From: Verrucomicrobiia bacterium
Lineage (GTDB): Bacteria; Chloroflexota; Dormibacteria; Dormibacterales; Dormibacteraceae
DNA: 64,000 nucleotides
Assembly: GCA_035637495.1 (NCBI GenBank)
Contig: DASPXA010000053.1
Span: 694 to 64,693, forward strand
Direction of reading: 5' to 3'
Below the pieces are notes generated by a model, which was not told the origin of the DNA, searched no databases, and saw only the letters and a list, made by a program, of their open reading frames with translations. A program made the position numbers and the translations under genes. Positions within the stretch are counted from its first letter, which is position 1, and each line of letters begins with the position of its first letter. Shown here piece after piece: positions 1 to 8,911 of the stretch.

Positions 1-832
1 GGGCGGGCGGAAGCGGAGCCGACCCGGAGACGAAAAGACGCACTGGCGAAAGGTCGCTCGGGTGCTCCTCCAGCCACTCGCACAACCGTTGGTACATCGA
101 GGGCACGCCGAACAGCATCGTCCCGCCACGTTGGAGCTCGGTGACCACGCCCTGCGGCGTGAAGGGAATCAGGATCGCGCTCCCGCCGCTCAGCAGCGTG
201 CCGTGCAGCCCCATCCCCAGTCCGTGAAGGTGAAAGAGCGGCAGCGCGTGCACGAGGACGTCGCTCTTCGTCCAACGCCACACCTCGATCGCGCCTCGGG
301 CCTGGGCGAGGAAGTTGCCGTGGTCGAGCAGCGCTCCCTTCGGGCGTCCGGTCGTACCAGACGTGTAGAGGATCGCGGCCGGACTTTGGGGGCTGAGTGC
401 ATGCAAGGACGCGGCCGGCGCGCGGGGCAGGTCCTCCAGAGGCACAGCGCGCAAAGCGAGCTTTCCGATCACCTTGGCGCGCTCGCGGTCCGCAATGACC
501 ATGGCCGGCTCAGAGTCGTGGAGGATGTGCTCCGCTTCGAACAGGTGGTAGTCCGGGTTCATCAGCACCACGCATCCGCCCGCGCGCAGGACGCCGAGAT
601 ACGCGATCACCCAGTCGAGCGAGTTCGCGGCATAAAGGGCGACGCGATCGCCCGCCCCGAGACCGAGGCCCTGCAAGCCGCCCGCCACGTGCCCGGCGTG
701 CTCACGCAGCTCGTCGCGAGTCAGCACGCGATCGCCCGAGCGGAGAACGACCTCGCGGCCGGGCTTCAGCAGCTCCTCAGGCAGCGTGCCGGAGCGCAGC
801 CGCCGGCGCAGCTCCTCGAGGCTCTCGGTCAC
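1..832 (-). CDS. AMP-dependent synthetase/ligase (acyl-CoA synthetase family), N-terminal ~277 aa; 3' end lies beyond the window start
   Basis: Minus-strand translation from GTG (comp. of 830-832) gives ...AAILYTSGTTGRPKGALLDHGNF..., the AMP-binding signature. The upstream in-frame stop is at 878-880. Absent from the ORF track because no stop lies in the window. The plus ORF 62..871 is its antisense artefact. Confidence 0.8.
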   Translation of the reverse strand, partial: MTESLEELRRRLRSGTLPEELLKPGREVVLRSGDRVLTRDELREHAGHVAGGLQGLGLGAGDRVALYAANSLDWVIAYLGVLRAGGCVVLMNPDYHLFEAEHILHDSEPAMVIADRERAKVIGKLALRAVPLEDLPRAPAASLHALSPQSPAAILYTSGTTGRPKGALLDHGNFLAQARGAIEVWRWTKSDVLVHALPLFHLHGLGMGLHGTLLSGGSAILIPFTPQGVVTELQRGGTMLFGVPSMYQRLCEWLEEHPSDLSPVRLFVSGSAPLPPA

Positions 833-877
833 GCGCCAAACAATGCCACAGGTCCAGACGCGGTCTGGTGATCGCGG

Positions 878-1576
878 TCAGGTCAGCCGGTCTGCGCGCC
901 GGCGGTAGAAGGCGCCCGCCACGACCAGCCCTATGACGGCGCCCGCCACCGGAAGCGCGAGCCCAAGCGCGTTCGCGGGGTCGAGCGTTGCGGCTTCCTG
1001 GAGGAGGAGCCCGACTCCAAGGCCGGCAAGAAACCCCACGATCATTCCCACCACGCGGGAGGAGCCGGTCGGCTGCAGGAAAAGGCTCGCGATCAAGCCG
1101 ATCAGGCCGAGCAGGGTCGCGATCAGGCCGAGGACCCCGGCCCAGGTCGCCAGTGGGGCGACGTCATCGACGATGATCAAGACGGCGCCGTCGCAGCTGG
1201 TGCTCGTACCCGCCACGGACAGAACCCGCGAGTAGTGGTCGTAGTCCGCGATCCGGTACGGGCCCGCGGCACCCGTCGTGCTGTTGCCCTGACGATCCAG
1301 CAGGGGAAGGCCCACCCCAAAGATGACCACCTTCAGCTGCGCGGAACGCTGGGAGCTTGGTGCCCGGGCCGCGCCGCTGATCACGTCCGCGTCAGTCACG
1401 TGCCAGACCGTTGCGGTCGTCAGGTCGACCGATCCCGACCTGGACGCGGTGGCCGAGGCTGTGCAGCCCCCGCTCACACGCGCCTGTCCCGCCACCGGTG
1501 TGACCAGAAGGCTGATCAGCACGATCAGCCACAGGCGGGACGCGTGTCCCACGACCGTCCGCCGGTTGATCTTCAC
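878..1576 (-). CDS. hypothetical secreted/membrane protein (N-terminal signal peptide, C-terminal multi-TM segment)
   Basis: C-terminal part of the chimeric 660-aa minus ORF. GTG start (comp. 1574-1576) gives MKINRRTVVGHASRLWLIVLISLLVTPVAGQA, a signal-peptide-like N-terminus, and a hydrophobic C-terminus. An alternative GTG start at 1597 is possible. Confidence 0.45.
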   Translation of the reverse strand: MKINRRTVVGHASRLWLIVLISLLVTPVAGQARVSGGCTASATASRSGSVDLTTATVWHVTDADVISGAARAPSSQRSAQLKVVIFGVGLPLLDRQGNSTTGAAGPYRIADYDHYSRVLSVAGTSTSCDGAVLIIVDDVAPLATWAGVLGLIATLLGLIGLIASLFLQPTGSSRVVGMIVGFLAGLGVGLLLQEAATLDPANALGLALPVAGAVIGLVVAGAFYRRRADRLT

Positions 1577-1596
1577 ATTTCTATAACGCGCATGCA

Positions 1597-2919
1597 CTAC
1601 TCCCTGGCGACGACCTCCTCGGGCTCGCTCTCCTGGTCTCGAACGTGGCCCGGGCGCAGGAGCTGGTACAGGACGATGGCGCTGAGCGCGCCGAGGCCGA
1701 GGTTGTTGAAGGTCAAGGTCAGGCCGCCGATGTGAATCGGAATGGCCTGGGTTGCGGGGATGCCGGCCGCGATGATGAGGGGAATCGCCGCCACGGCCAG
1801 GTTCGCGCGCTTGGAGAAGTCCACCTTGGCGTCGACCCAGATCTTGCCCCCGATCACGGCGATGAGCCCGAAGAGGTACATCTCGATGCCGCCCTGGACG
1901 CTGACCGGAATGCTGCGCACGAGCGCGCCGAAGATCGGAATGAAGCCGAGCAGGATGGCAAAGACCGCTGCGACGACGAACACCATGATCGAGAAGACGC
2001 GCGTGATGCCCATCACGCCGATGTTCTCTGCGTAGGTGGTCTCGCCCGTGCCACCCAGCAACCCGCTGATCGTCGTCCCCAGGCCATCGCCGATGAATGT
2101 GCGCCCGAGCATGGTGCTGAGGTCGCGCTTCATGATCCCGCTGATCGCGTAGACGTGACCGGCGTTCTCGGCGACGAGGATCACAGGGATGAAGAAGAAC
2201 AGGCTCAACGTGGTGCCGAACTGGCTGAAGTCCGGGAAGCTGAAGGTCGGCACGCCGACGATCGAAGCCTGCCCGATCGCGTTGAAGTCGATATGGCACG
2301 CCGATCTGGCGGCTGCGCACGGCGGATAGAAGATCGAGACCAGGTAGCCGACCACGATGCCGATGAGGACCGGCAGCAGGCGCGGGAATCCTCGCAGGTA
2401 CACCGCGGCGGCGACCGCCGCCAGCAGGGTGACCGTGGCCGTGAAGGGTTCGCCGGCGTAGTTGCCGGTCGCTGCGCTTGCCAGCGCTAGCCCGATCACC
2501 GCCACCACCGTCCCGGTGACGACCGGAGGCAGCAGAAACCGGATCGGGTTGACCCCGACGACGTGGATGATGGCGCCGATGGCCAGGTAGATGACGCCCG
2601 CCATCACGATGCCCGCGTAGGCCAGCCCGTGGTTCGGATTCTGCGTGCCTTGCACCGCCAGCACCGAGCCGATGAATGAGAAGCTCGAGCCGAGGTAGCT
2701 GGGCACCTTGAACCCGGTCACGAACAGGAAGATCAGGGTGGCGACGCCGCTGAAGAAGATGACGGTGTTCGGATTGAAACCCAGGATCAACGGCACCAGC
2801 ACCGTGGCGCCGAACATGGCCATGACGTGCTGGAGGCCCATGAGGATCGTCTGCGGCCACGGGAGCCGATCCTCCGGATAGACGACGTCGCGCTCGCGCT
2901 TCCCGGTTGCAACCGCCAT
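1597..2919 (-). CDS. NCS2 family nucleobase:cation symporter (xanthine/uracil/urate permease)
   Basis: ATG at 2919 (MAVATGKRE...). ~12 TM helices with the NCS2-typical ...FGATVLVPLILG... and ...GETTYAENIGVMGIT... motifs. The ORF-track version (to 3222) carries an N-terminal extension. Confidence 0.85.
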   Translation of the reverse strand: MAVATGKRERDVVYPEDRLPWPQTILMGLQHVMAMFGATVLVPLILGFNPNTVIFFSGVATLIFLFVTGFKVPSYLGSSFSFIGSVLAVQGTQNPNHGLAYAGIVMAGVIYLAIGAIIHVVGVNPIRFLLPPVVTGTVVAVIGLALASAATGNYAGEPFTATVTLLAAVAAAVYLRGFPRLLPVLIGIVVGYLVSIFYPPCAAARSACHIDFNAIGQASIVGVPTFSFPDFSQFGTTLSLFFFIPVILVAENAGHVYAISGIMKRDLSTMLGRTFIGDGLGTTISGLLGGTGETTYAENIGVMGITRVFSIMVFVVAAVFAILLGFIPIFGALVRSIPVSVQGGIEMYLFGLIAVIGGKIWVDAKVDFSKRANLAVAAIPLIIAAGIPATQAIPIHIGGLTLTFNNLGLGALSAIVLYQLLRPGHVRDQESEPEEVVARE

Positions 2920-2939
2920 GGCGCCCCTCCCCTGTGAGA

Positions 2940-2958
2940 GGCCCGGGCCACCCGGGCC
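2940..2958. promoter_or_regulatory. perfect 8-3-8 inverted repeat GGCCCGGG-CCA-CCCGGGCC in the divergent promoter region between the permease and deaminase genes
   Basis: Read directly from sequence. Lies in the 60-bp divergent intergenic region 2920-2979. Confidence 0.3.
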
Positions 2959-2979
2959 CCGCGCTAAGTTAAGGCCCCG

Positions 2980-4212
2980 ATGTGGGCTTTGCAAGATGCC
3001 CGGCTGGCTGATGGCTCTGTGGTCGACGTCAAAGTCGATGGCGACCGGATCGCCGGGGTATCGCCAGGCGCCGCGGCCGGCGCCGGCGAGGTAGTCGACT
3101 GCGGGCGGCAGCTGGTACTGCCGGCCTTCATAGACGGCCACGTCCATCTCGACAAAGCGCTGATCCGGAGCCAGCTGCGGGAGCACGACGGCACGCTGGC
3201 CGGCGCCATCGACTCGATCCACGAGCGAAAGCGGCGGTACACGGTCGAGGACGTGCGAGGACGTGCGCGGCGCGTGATCGAAGACTCGGTCGTGTCAGGG
3301 ACCACCCGGCTGCGCTCTCACGTCGACGTGGACACGATCGCCGGCCTGGTTCCCCTCGAGGGCGTCCTCGCTGCCGCGGCCGACTGCGCGGACATCGCCG
3401 AGGTCCAGACCATCGCATTCCCGCAGGAGGGCCTCATCCGCGACCCGGGCGCCTACGACCTGATGGAGGCGGCGCTCGAAGCCGGCGCGGACGTCGTCGG
3501 TGGGATGCCACACTGGGAGCCCGACGAGGCCTCCCAGCGCGAGCACGTGCGACTGTGCTTCGAGCTCGCGCAGCGCTTCGACCGCGACCTCGACATGCAT
3601 GTCGACGAGACCGACGACGGCGGCATCCGCACGCTCGAGATGGTCGCGGACGAAGCATTGCGACGCGGCTACGTGGGCCGCGTCTGTGCGGGCCACGTCT
3701 GCTCGCTGGCAGCGGCTGATGACGCCTACGCGGAGCGCGTGATCGAGAAGTGCCTGCGGGCCGGGATCTCCATCGCCGCGAACCCCGTCACCAACCTGGT
3801 CCTCCAGGGCCGCGGCGACCGGGGGTTGATCCGGCGCGGGACCACGCGGATCGGGGAGTTCCGGGCCGCGGGCGTCAACGTGCTGTTCGGCCAGGATTGC
3901 ATCGAGGACGGGTTCTATCCGTTCGGTCGTGGCTCGATGCTGGAGGTCGTGTTGATCTCCGCCCACGCCGCGCACCTGACGACGAAAGCCGACCTCGCGT
4001 TCGCGCTGCGCGCAGTCACCGAAGCCCCCGCCCGGCTGATGCGGCTGGGCGACTACGGGCTGAAGCCTGGATGCCGGGCCGACCTCATGTGGCTGCCGGT
4101 GCCCACCTGGGAGGATGCGCTTCGCCTGCAGCCTCCGCCGTCGAGAGTGTGGTTTCGGGGCCGTCTGGTCGCCGAGAGCAGCCTCAGCTCGACTCTGCAC
4201 CGAGCGCGCTGA
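2980..4212 (+). CDS. cytosine deaminase-like amidohydrolase (CodA/AtzC-type metal-dependent hydrolase)
   Basis: 410 aa. ...LPAFIDGHVHLDKA... HxH metal site, ...HVDETDD... and ...ANPVTNL... motifs typical of the cytosine deaminase / isopropylammelide hydrolase subfamily. Confidence 0.8.
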   Translation: MWALQDARLADGSVVDVKVDGDRIAGVSPGAAAGAGEVVDCGRQLVLPAFIDGHVHLDKALIRSQLREHDGTLAGAIDSIHERKRRYTVEDVRGRARRVIEDSVVSGTTRLRSHVDVDTIAGLVPLEGVLAAAADCADIAEVQTIAFPQEGLIRDPGAYDLMEAALEAGADVVGGMPHWEPDEASQREHVRLCFELAQRFDRDLDMHVDETDDGGIRTLEMVADEALRRGYVGRVCAGHVCSLAAADDAYAERVIEKCLRAGISIAANPVTNLVLQGRGDRGLIRRGTTRIGEFRAAGVNVLFGQDCIEDGFYPFGRGSMLEVVLISAHAAHLTTKADLAFALRAVTEAPARLMRLGDYGLKPGCRADLMWLPVPTWEDALRLQPPPSRVWFRGRLVAESSLSSTLHRAR

Positions 4213-4813
4213 CCGGCCCGATCGCCAGCACCGGCACCTGGCTGCCGACGCCCAACACGCGTCGCTGCGTCACCACGCGCAAGCCTGCCGCCGACAGCAT
4301 CGGGTCGAGCACCTTGCGCTCTGGGAACCGCTTCAGCCGAAAGAACCGGCGCACGTAGCGCATCCAGCCCGTCGCGATGAAGTCGGCGAGCAGCCACCGG
4401 CCGCCCGGGGCGAGGACGCGAGCAACCTCGGCGATCCCGGCGCGCTGGTCGGCCCAGTGGTGGAAGGTCATGGTGCTGAAGACGAGGTCGAACTCGGCGT
4501 TTCCGAACGGCAGCTTCTCGGCGACTGCGTTCTGGAACCGGATGCGGCTTCCCGTGGGAAGCGCCGCCTGGGCGTACCTGACCATCTCGGCCGCCGCATC
4601 GACGCCCTCGAGCCGCGCGCCCGGAAACAGGTCCTCGGTGGCGCGCAGAAGCCGGCCGGTCCCGCAGCCGACGTCGAGGATCGCCTCCGGCGCGGGAACC
4701 TCGGCCGCGGCCAGCTCGAGCAGCGTTCTCTGGACCGGCTCGAAGATCAGCCTCTGGAGGATGTGGCGGTCGTAGGACTCAGCCCAGCGGTTGAACCGCT
4801 CGACGTCGTGCAA
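4184..4813 (-). CDS. class I SAM-dependent methyltransferase
   Basis: 209 aa, TTG start. ...ILDVGCGTGRLL... motif I and ...LAPGGRWLLADF... post-motif II. Convergent with the previous gene, 29-bp overlap. Confidence 0.8.
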   Translation of the reverse strand: MHDVERFNRWAESYDRHILQRLIFEPVQRTLLELAAAEVPAPEAILDVGCGTGRLLRATEDLFPGARLEGVDAAAEMVRYAQAALPTGSRIRFQNAVAEKLPFGNAEFDLVFSTMTFHHWADQRAGIAEVARVLAPGGRWLLADFIATGWMRYVRRFFRLKRFPERKVLDPMLSAAGLRVVTQRRVLGVGSQVPVLAIGPVSALGAESS

Positions 4814-5314
4814 CTAATCGGCGCCGCGGGGATCGTCGGCTTTGGAGATCGGCCTGTCGAGTGCCGGCCGGACCGGGCTCAGGTGGATCTTGAAGACGTT
4901 GCCCGGCGCCTGAAAGTTGATCTTGAGGTGATTGTTGTCGCAGAAGGGCTTGTGCTCCGAGAAGCCGCACCTGCAGAGCGTCGCGCGAGGCAGCGTCTCG
5001 ACTGAACCGTCCTCGCGCCTGACCTCGATGGTGCCGGTGACCAGGAGCGGACCGTTTCGCATCGGCGTGACGGTGGTCGAGCCGTAGTGCTGCTCCTGCG
5101 CCTTGCCGTCAAGTCGCCTGTACTGCAGGGCGCCGCTCGGGCACAGCTCGATGACTTGAGCGACGCGGTCCGGCTTGCCCGCGTCCGGCAGCACCCAGGG
5201 CCGGCGCTCGAGCTGAAAGACCTTCGAGTCGCCGCGCAAACACTCCGCGATGTGGATGCAGATGTCGAGGTCGAAGCTCACCTCGATGTCGCGGCCGCGA
5301 TAGACCTTGCGCAT
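4814..5314 (-). CDS. CDGSH-type zinc-finger / iron-sulfur domain protein
   Basis: Start at MRKVYRGRDIEV (internal M of the 192-aa ORF). N-terminal ...FDLDICIHIAECL... (divergent 4Fe-4S mono-cluster-like) and C-terminal ...CRCGFSEHKPFCDNNH... CDGSH-like finger. Its stop abuts the MTase start. Confidence 0.55.
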   Translation of the reverse strand: MRKVYRGRDIEVSFDLDICIHIAECLRGDSKVFQLERRPWVLPDAGKPDRVAQVIELCPSGALQYRRLDGKAQEQHYGSTTVTPMRNGPLLVTGTIEVRREDGSVETLPRATLCRCGFSEHKPFCDNNHLKINFQAPGNVFKIHLSPVRPALDRPISKADDPRGAD

Positions 5315-5403
5315 CGCGCCAACACTAGACTCTTCCTCGCATGCCAGAGGCTGTGGTGTCGCCTCCGAGGGCCCGCCGGTCGAGACGCGCACCAGGCAGG
5401 GCG

Positions 5404-5907
5404 ATGATCTCTTCCGAGCGCATCTCGAGACGCGTCCAGCAGCTAGGGCGTGAGATCTCAGAGGTCTACGCGAACATCGAGACGCCGCTCGTCCTGGTCG
5501 CCATCCTCAAGGGCGCGACGGTCTTCGCGGCCGACCTGCTGCGAAGTCTCTCCATCCCGGCCGAGCTGGAGTTCGTACGTGCGGCGAGCTATGGCGCCGG
5601 GACGAAGAGCACAGGCCGGGTGAAGATCGCGCACATGGTCGAGGGCTCGCTCGAGGGACGACACGTGCTGCTGGTCGAGGACATCGTCGACTCGGGCCGG
5701 ACCGCGGACACGATCCTCAAGCGATTCCGGCGCATGAGACCTGCTTCCGTGCGCGTGGCCGCGCTGCTCGACCGGCCCGCGCGCCGCGAGATCCCTGTCC
5801 CGATCGACTTCACCGGGTTTGTCATCCCGGACCGGTTCGTCATCGGATACGGGCTCGACTACGCCGGCCTCTACCGCGAGCTGCCGGGGATCTACGCGCT
5901 CAGCTAG
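5404..5907 (+). CDS. hpt: hypoxanthine-guanine phosphoribosyltransferase
   Basis: Start at MISSERISRRVQQLG... ...VLLVEDIVDSGRT... PRPP-binding motif and ...VIGYGLDY... C-terminus typical of Hpt. Confidence 0.85.
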   Translation: MISSERISRRVQQLGREISEVYANIETPLVLVAILKGATVFAADLLRSLSIPAELEFVRAASYGAGTKSTGRVKIAHMVEGSLEGRHVLLVEDIVDSGRTADTILKRFRRMRPASVRVAALLDRPARREIPVPIDFTGFVIPDRFVIGYGLDYAGLYRELPGIYALS

Positions 5908-5984
5908 CCGGTCCGAGCGCGGCTCACGAGCGGACTCAAATAACCGCCACCGCCGGCGTTCGCGGGTTTGGCATTGCGCTGAGG

Positions 5985-6018
5985 CCCGCGAGCGCCGGCA
6001 CTCGCGGTGAATTTTTTT
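5985..6018 (+). terminator. Rho-independent terminator downstream of hpt; it abuts the stop codon of convergent codA
   Basis: Stem CCGCGAG / CTCGCGG with an 8-nt loop, followed by TGAA and a T7 run (6012-6018). Confidence 0.6.
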
Positions 6019-7305
6019 CTAACTGACCGGCGCGGGATTGGACGCCGGCTTCAGGAAGTCGACGAGCTCCTCGCGGTCATTCCATATCACGGTCGTGCGC
6101 TCGGGCTCTGTGCGCGCCACGATCTTCCCTCCCCGCAGCACCAGCTTGCGCGGCGCGATCAGCCGGATCGCGTCCATCTCGCTCGGCGCGGCAAACGCGC
6201 AGAGATCTGCGCGGCATCCGGGGAGCAGCCCGTAGTGCTCGAGGCCCAGCGCGCTCGCCGGGTTCCACGTGATCATGTCCATCAACGTCCGCAGCTCCCC
6301 GTGGCCCGACATCTGTCCGTAATGAGCCAGGACGAACGCCGACTGGAGCGGGTCGCCGTAGCCGAGCGGGTACCAGGGGTCCATCACCGAGTCGTGCCCG
6401 ATGCAGACGTTGATGCCCGCCGCCAGCAGCTCTTTGACCCGCGTGTGGCCGCGCCGAATCGGGTAGCTGTCGAACCGCCCCTGCAGCGTCGAGTTGTCGA
6501 GCGGGTTGGTGACCATGTGCATCTGCGCGCGCTTGAGGTTGTTGATCAACCGGTAGGCGTAGGCGTTGTTGTACGAGTGCATGGCCGTGGTATGGCTGGC
6601 GGTGACGCGGCCCCCCATCCCCAGCCGGATCGTCTCGGCGGCCATCACCTCGACGAAGCGTGACTGGTCGTCGTCGGTCTCGTCGCAGTGAATGTCTACC
6701 CGCAGACCCTTGTTGGCGGCGAGCGCGAATGCGAACTTGATCGACTGCTCGCCGTACTCGCGTGTCAGCTCGAAGTGCGGGATCGCCCCCACGACGTCGA
6801 CCCCGAGATCGATCGCGCGGCGCATCAGGTCCTCGCCGCCGTCGAACGACATGATTCCCTGCTGTGGGAACGCGACCAGCTGCAGGTACATCTGGTCACC
6901 GATCTCCTTGCGCAGCTCGACCAGCGCCCGCACGGCCTTCAGCTCCGGGTCGCACACGTCGACGTGGCTGCGCACGAACTGAACGCCGTTGGCCAGCTGC
7001 CAGCGCAAGACCGTCCGGACGCGCTGCTTCACGTCCTCCACGGTCAATTGCTTGACCCGCTCCGCCCAGATCGCGATCCCTTCGAAGAGCGATCCGGTCT
7101 GGTTGTGACGCGGCTCACCTTCCGTCAGCACGGCGTCGAGGTGGATGTGCGGCTCGACGAGCGCCGGCGTCACCAGCGCCCCGGCCAGGTCGATCTCGTG
7201 CCGTGACTCCGCCTCGGGCTCGCTGATCATGCCGTCCTTGATGCCGATGTCGCGGGTTTCCAGCTCGCCAGGCAGCCTGGCGCCCCGAAGCAGCAAATCG
7301 AGCAT
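6019..7305 (-). CDS. codA: cytosine deaminase
   Basis: 428 aa. ...EPHIHLDAV..., ...DIHCDETDD..., ...GHDSVMDPWYPLGYGDPL..., near-canonical CodA motifs. Confidence 0.9.
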   Translation of the reverse strand: MLDLLLRGARLPGELETRDIGIKDGMISEPEAESRHEIDLAGALVTPALVEPHIHLDAVLTEGEPRHNQTGSLFEGIAIWAERVKQLTVEDVKQRVRTVLRWQLANGVQFVRSHVDVCDPELKAVRALVELRKEIGDQMYLQLVAFPQQGIMSFDGGEDLMRRAIDLGVDVVGAIPHFELTREYGEQSIKFAFALAANKGLRVDIHCDETDDDQSRFVEVMAAETIRLGMGGRVTASHTTAMHSYNNAYAYRLINNLKRAQMHMVTNPLDNSTLQGRFDSYPIRRGHTRVKELLAAGINVCIGHDSVMDPWYPLGYGDPLQSAFVLAHYGQMSGHGELRTLMDMITWNPASALGLEHYGLLPGCRADLCAFAAPSEMDAIRLIAPRKLVLRGGKIVARTEPERTTVIWNDREELVDFLKPASNPAPVS

Positions 7306-7379
7306 TCGACGGAACTCTAATTGTTCCTTAAACTTCGGGCGTACTCGTCCGGTTTGTAGTGCGTTTGGGGGAGGCGCCT

Positions 7380-8861
7380 ATGCAAACGGTTCAGGAAGTC
7401 GAGAAACACGTACCTGTCCGGGAGGGCGACTACGGGGAGAGGGTGGCCACCGTCGAGCCCGGCGGGGTCGAGTACATCTCTCTCAAGGAGCGTCACGGCA
7501 AGCCGATCGACCTGTTCTGGACGTGGCTGTCACCCAACCTCGAGTTCGCGACGGTCTACGTCGGAGTCCTCGGCATCGCGGTGTTCGGGCTCAGCTTCTG
7601 GCAGACCGCGGTGGCCATCGTCGTCGGCAGCGCGCTCGGTTCGCTGACGCACTGGGTCCTCTCGTCGTGGGGACCGAAGTTCGGCGTGCCGATGATGGTC
7701 GAGAGCCGAGGCGCCTTCGGCTTTCTCGGCAACATCCTGCCCGCGGGCTTGAACGCGTTCACAGGCACGATCGGCTGGTTCATCGTCAACAGCGTCAGCG
7801 GTGCATTCGCGCTGCAGGCGCTGGCGCTGCTCATCAACGTCAACCTTCCGTTCGCGGTCACGTTCTTGATCATCGTCGTGGCGCAGGTCGCGATCGCCAC
7901 CCTGGGCCACAACTTCATCCATGTGTTCGAGCGTTGGGCGCTGCCGCTGCTCGGCATCGTCTTCGCCCTGGCCACCATCTTCATCTTCACGAAAGCGAAC
8001 TTTGGGGCCCCCGTCAACGCCAAGGCGCCGGTGTTCGTCGGCGAATTTGGCAGCTTCACGCTGCTGTTCACGGCAACGTTCGGATACGCCGCGGGCTGGA
8101 ATCCGTACGCGGCGGACTACACCCGTTACCTGCCGCCCAACACGAACCGGCAGATGGTCGGGTTCTGGGCGGCCATGGGCGTCTTCGTGTCGTGCGTGGT
8201 GATCGAGCTCGCGGGCGCCGCGCTCGCCACCGTCGCCGGCACCAAGTGGGGACCCACCGACATCCCAACCGTGCAGCTCCGGGTGGCGATGCCGGACTTG
8301 ATCTACTACCTCACCCTGCTCTGCATCGCGATCGGTGCGGTCGCCGCCAACGCGATCAACATCTACAGCGGCACGATGTCCCTGGTCGCGCTTGGAATCC
8401 GCGAGATGGGGCTCACGCTGCGCCAGCGCCGCGCGCTCCTCGCGGTCTCCGCCGGTGTGCTCGGCTACATCATCGGCATCGTCGGCCAGGCCAACGTCGG
8501 CCCCGGCAGCAAGTACGAGTTCTTCTTGCTGTTGATCAGCTACTGGATCGGGCCGTGGCTCGCGGTGGTGCTCACTGACTACTGGCTGCGCAAAGGCGAC
8601 TACGGTGACGAGTCGATCTTCTACGACACCAAGTACCAACGCTGGCAGGGGGCCGCAGCGATGGCCATCGGCCTCGTCGTATCCGTATGGCTGTTCGGGA
8701 ACAACATCCTCTACACCGGCGTCATCCCGTCGGCCAACCCAGGCATCGGCGACATCACGTTCATCGTTGGCTTCGTCCTGACCGGCATCCTCTACTACGC
8801 CTTCAACATGATGAGCCGCCGGGCGGCGAGCCCTGCGGGAATGGCCGGGTCCCGGGCGTAA
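7380..8861 (+). CDS. codB: NCS1 family cytosine/purine/uracil permease
   Basis: ATG at 7380, preceded by GGGGGAGG plus 5 nt. 12-TM NCS1-type protein. Divergent from codA. Confidence 0.85.
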   Translation: MQTVQEVEKHVPVREGDYGERVATVEPGGVEYISLKERHGKPIDLFWTWLSPNLEFATVYVGVLGIAVFGLSFWQTAVAIVVGSALGSLTHWVLSSWGPKFGVPMMVESRGAFGFLGNILPAGLNAFTGTIGWFIVNSVSGAFALQALALLINVNLPFAVTFLIIVVAQVAIATLGHNFIHVFERWALPLLGIVFALATIFIFTKANFGAPVNAKAPVFVGEFGSFTLLFTATFGYAAGWNPYAADYTRYLPPNTNRQMVGFWAAMGVFVSCVVIELAGAALATVAGTKWGPTDIPTVQLRVAMPDLIYYLTLLCIAIGAVAANAINIYSGTMSLVALGIREMGLTLRQRRALLAVSAGVLGYIIGIVGQANVGPGSKYEFFLLLISYWIGPWLAVVLTDYWLRKGDYGDESIFYDTKYQRWQGAAAMAIGLVVSVWLFGNNILYTGVIPSANPGIGDITFIVGFVLTGILYYAFNMMSRRAASPAGMAGSRA

Positions 8862-8875
8862 CTCAGATCTTTCCA

Positions 8876-8911
8876 GCGCCGCTGCCTCGACAAGGCAGCG
8901 GCGCTACTTTT
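8876..8911 (+). terminator. GC-rich hairpin (11-bp stem, 7-nt loop) plus TACTTTTAT after codB. Putative terminator/attenuator that overlaps the ribosome-binding region of the next gene.
   Basis: GCGCCGCTGCC-tcgacaa-GGCAGCGGCGC, then TACTTTTATGCGCATG. The ATG of the DUF3830 gene sits in the U-tract. Confidence 0.45.

Noticed and set aside
62-871. 269-aa plus-strand ORF at the window start
   Set aside because: Antisense frame artefact. The opposite strand encodes a clear AMP-dependent ligase (YTSGTTGRPKGA motif). The plus frame is Arg/His-rich with no domain.
878-2860. 660-aa minus ORF spanning the permease region
   Set aside because: Chimeric. Only its 3' part (878-1576) is plausibly coding. 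The rest is an alternative frame over the NCS2 permease gene, whose real frame is 1597-2919.
7530-8639. 369-aa minus ORF inside codB
   Set aside because: Antisense of a well-supported NCS1 permease. Arg/Asp-rich low-complexity translation.
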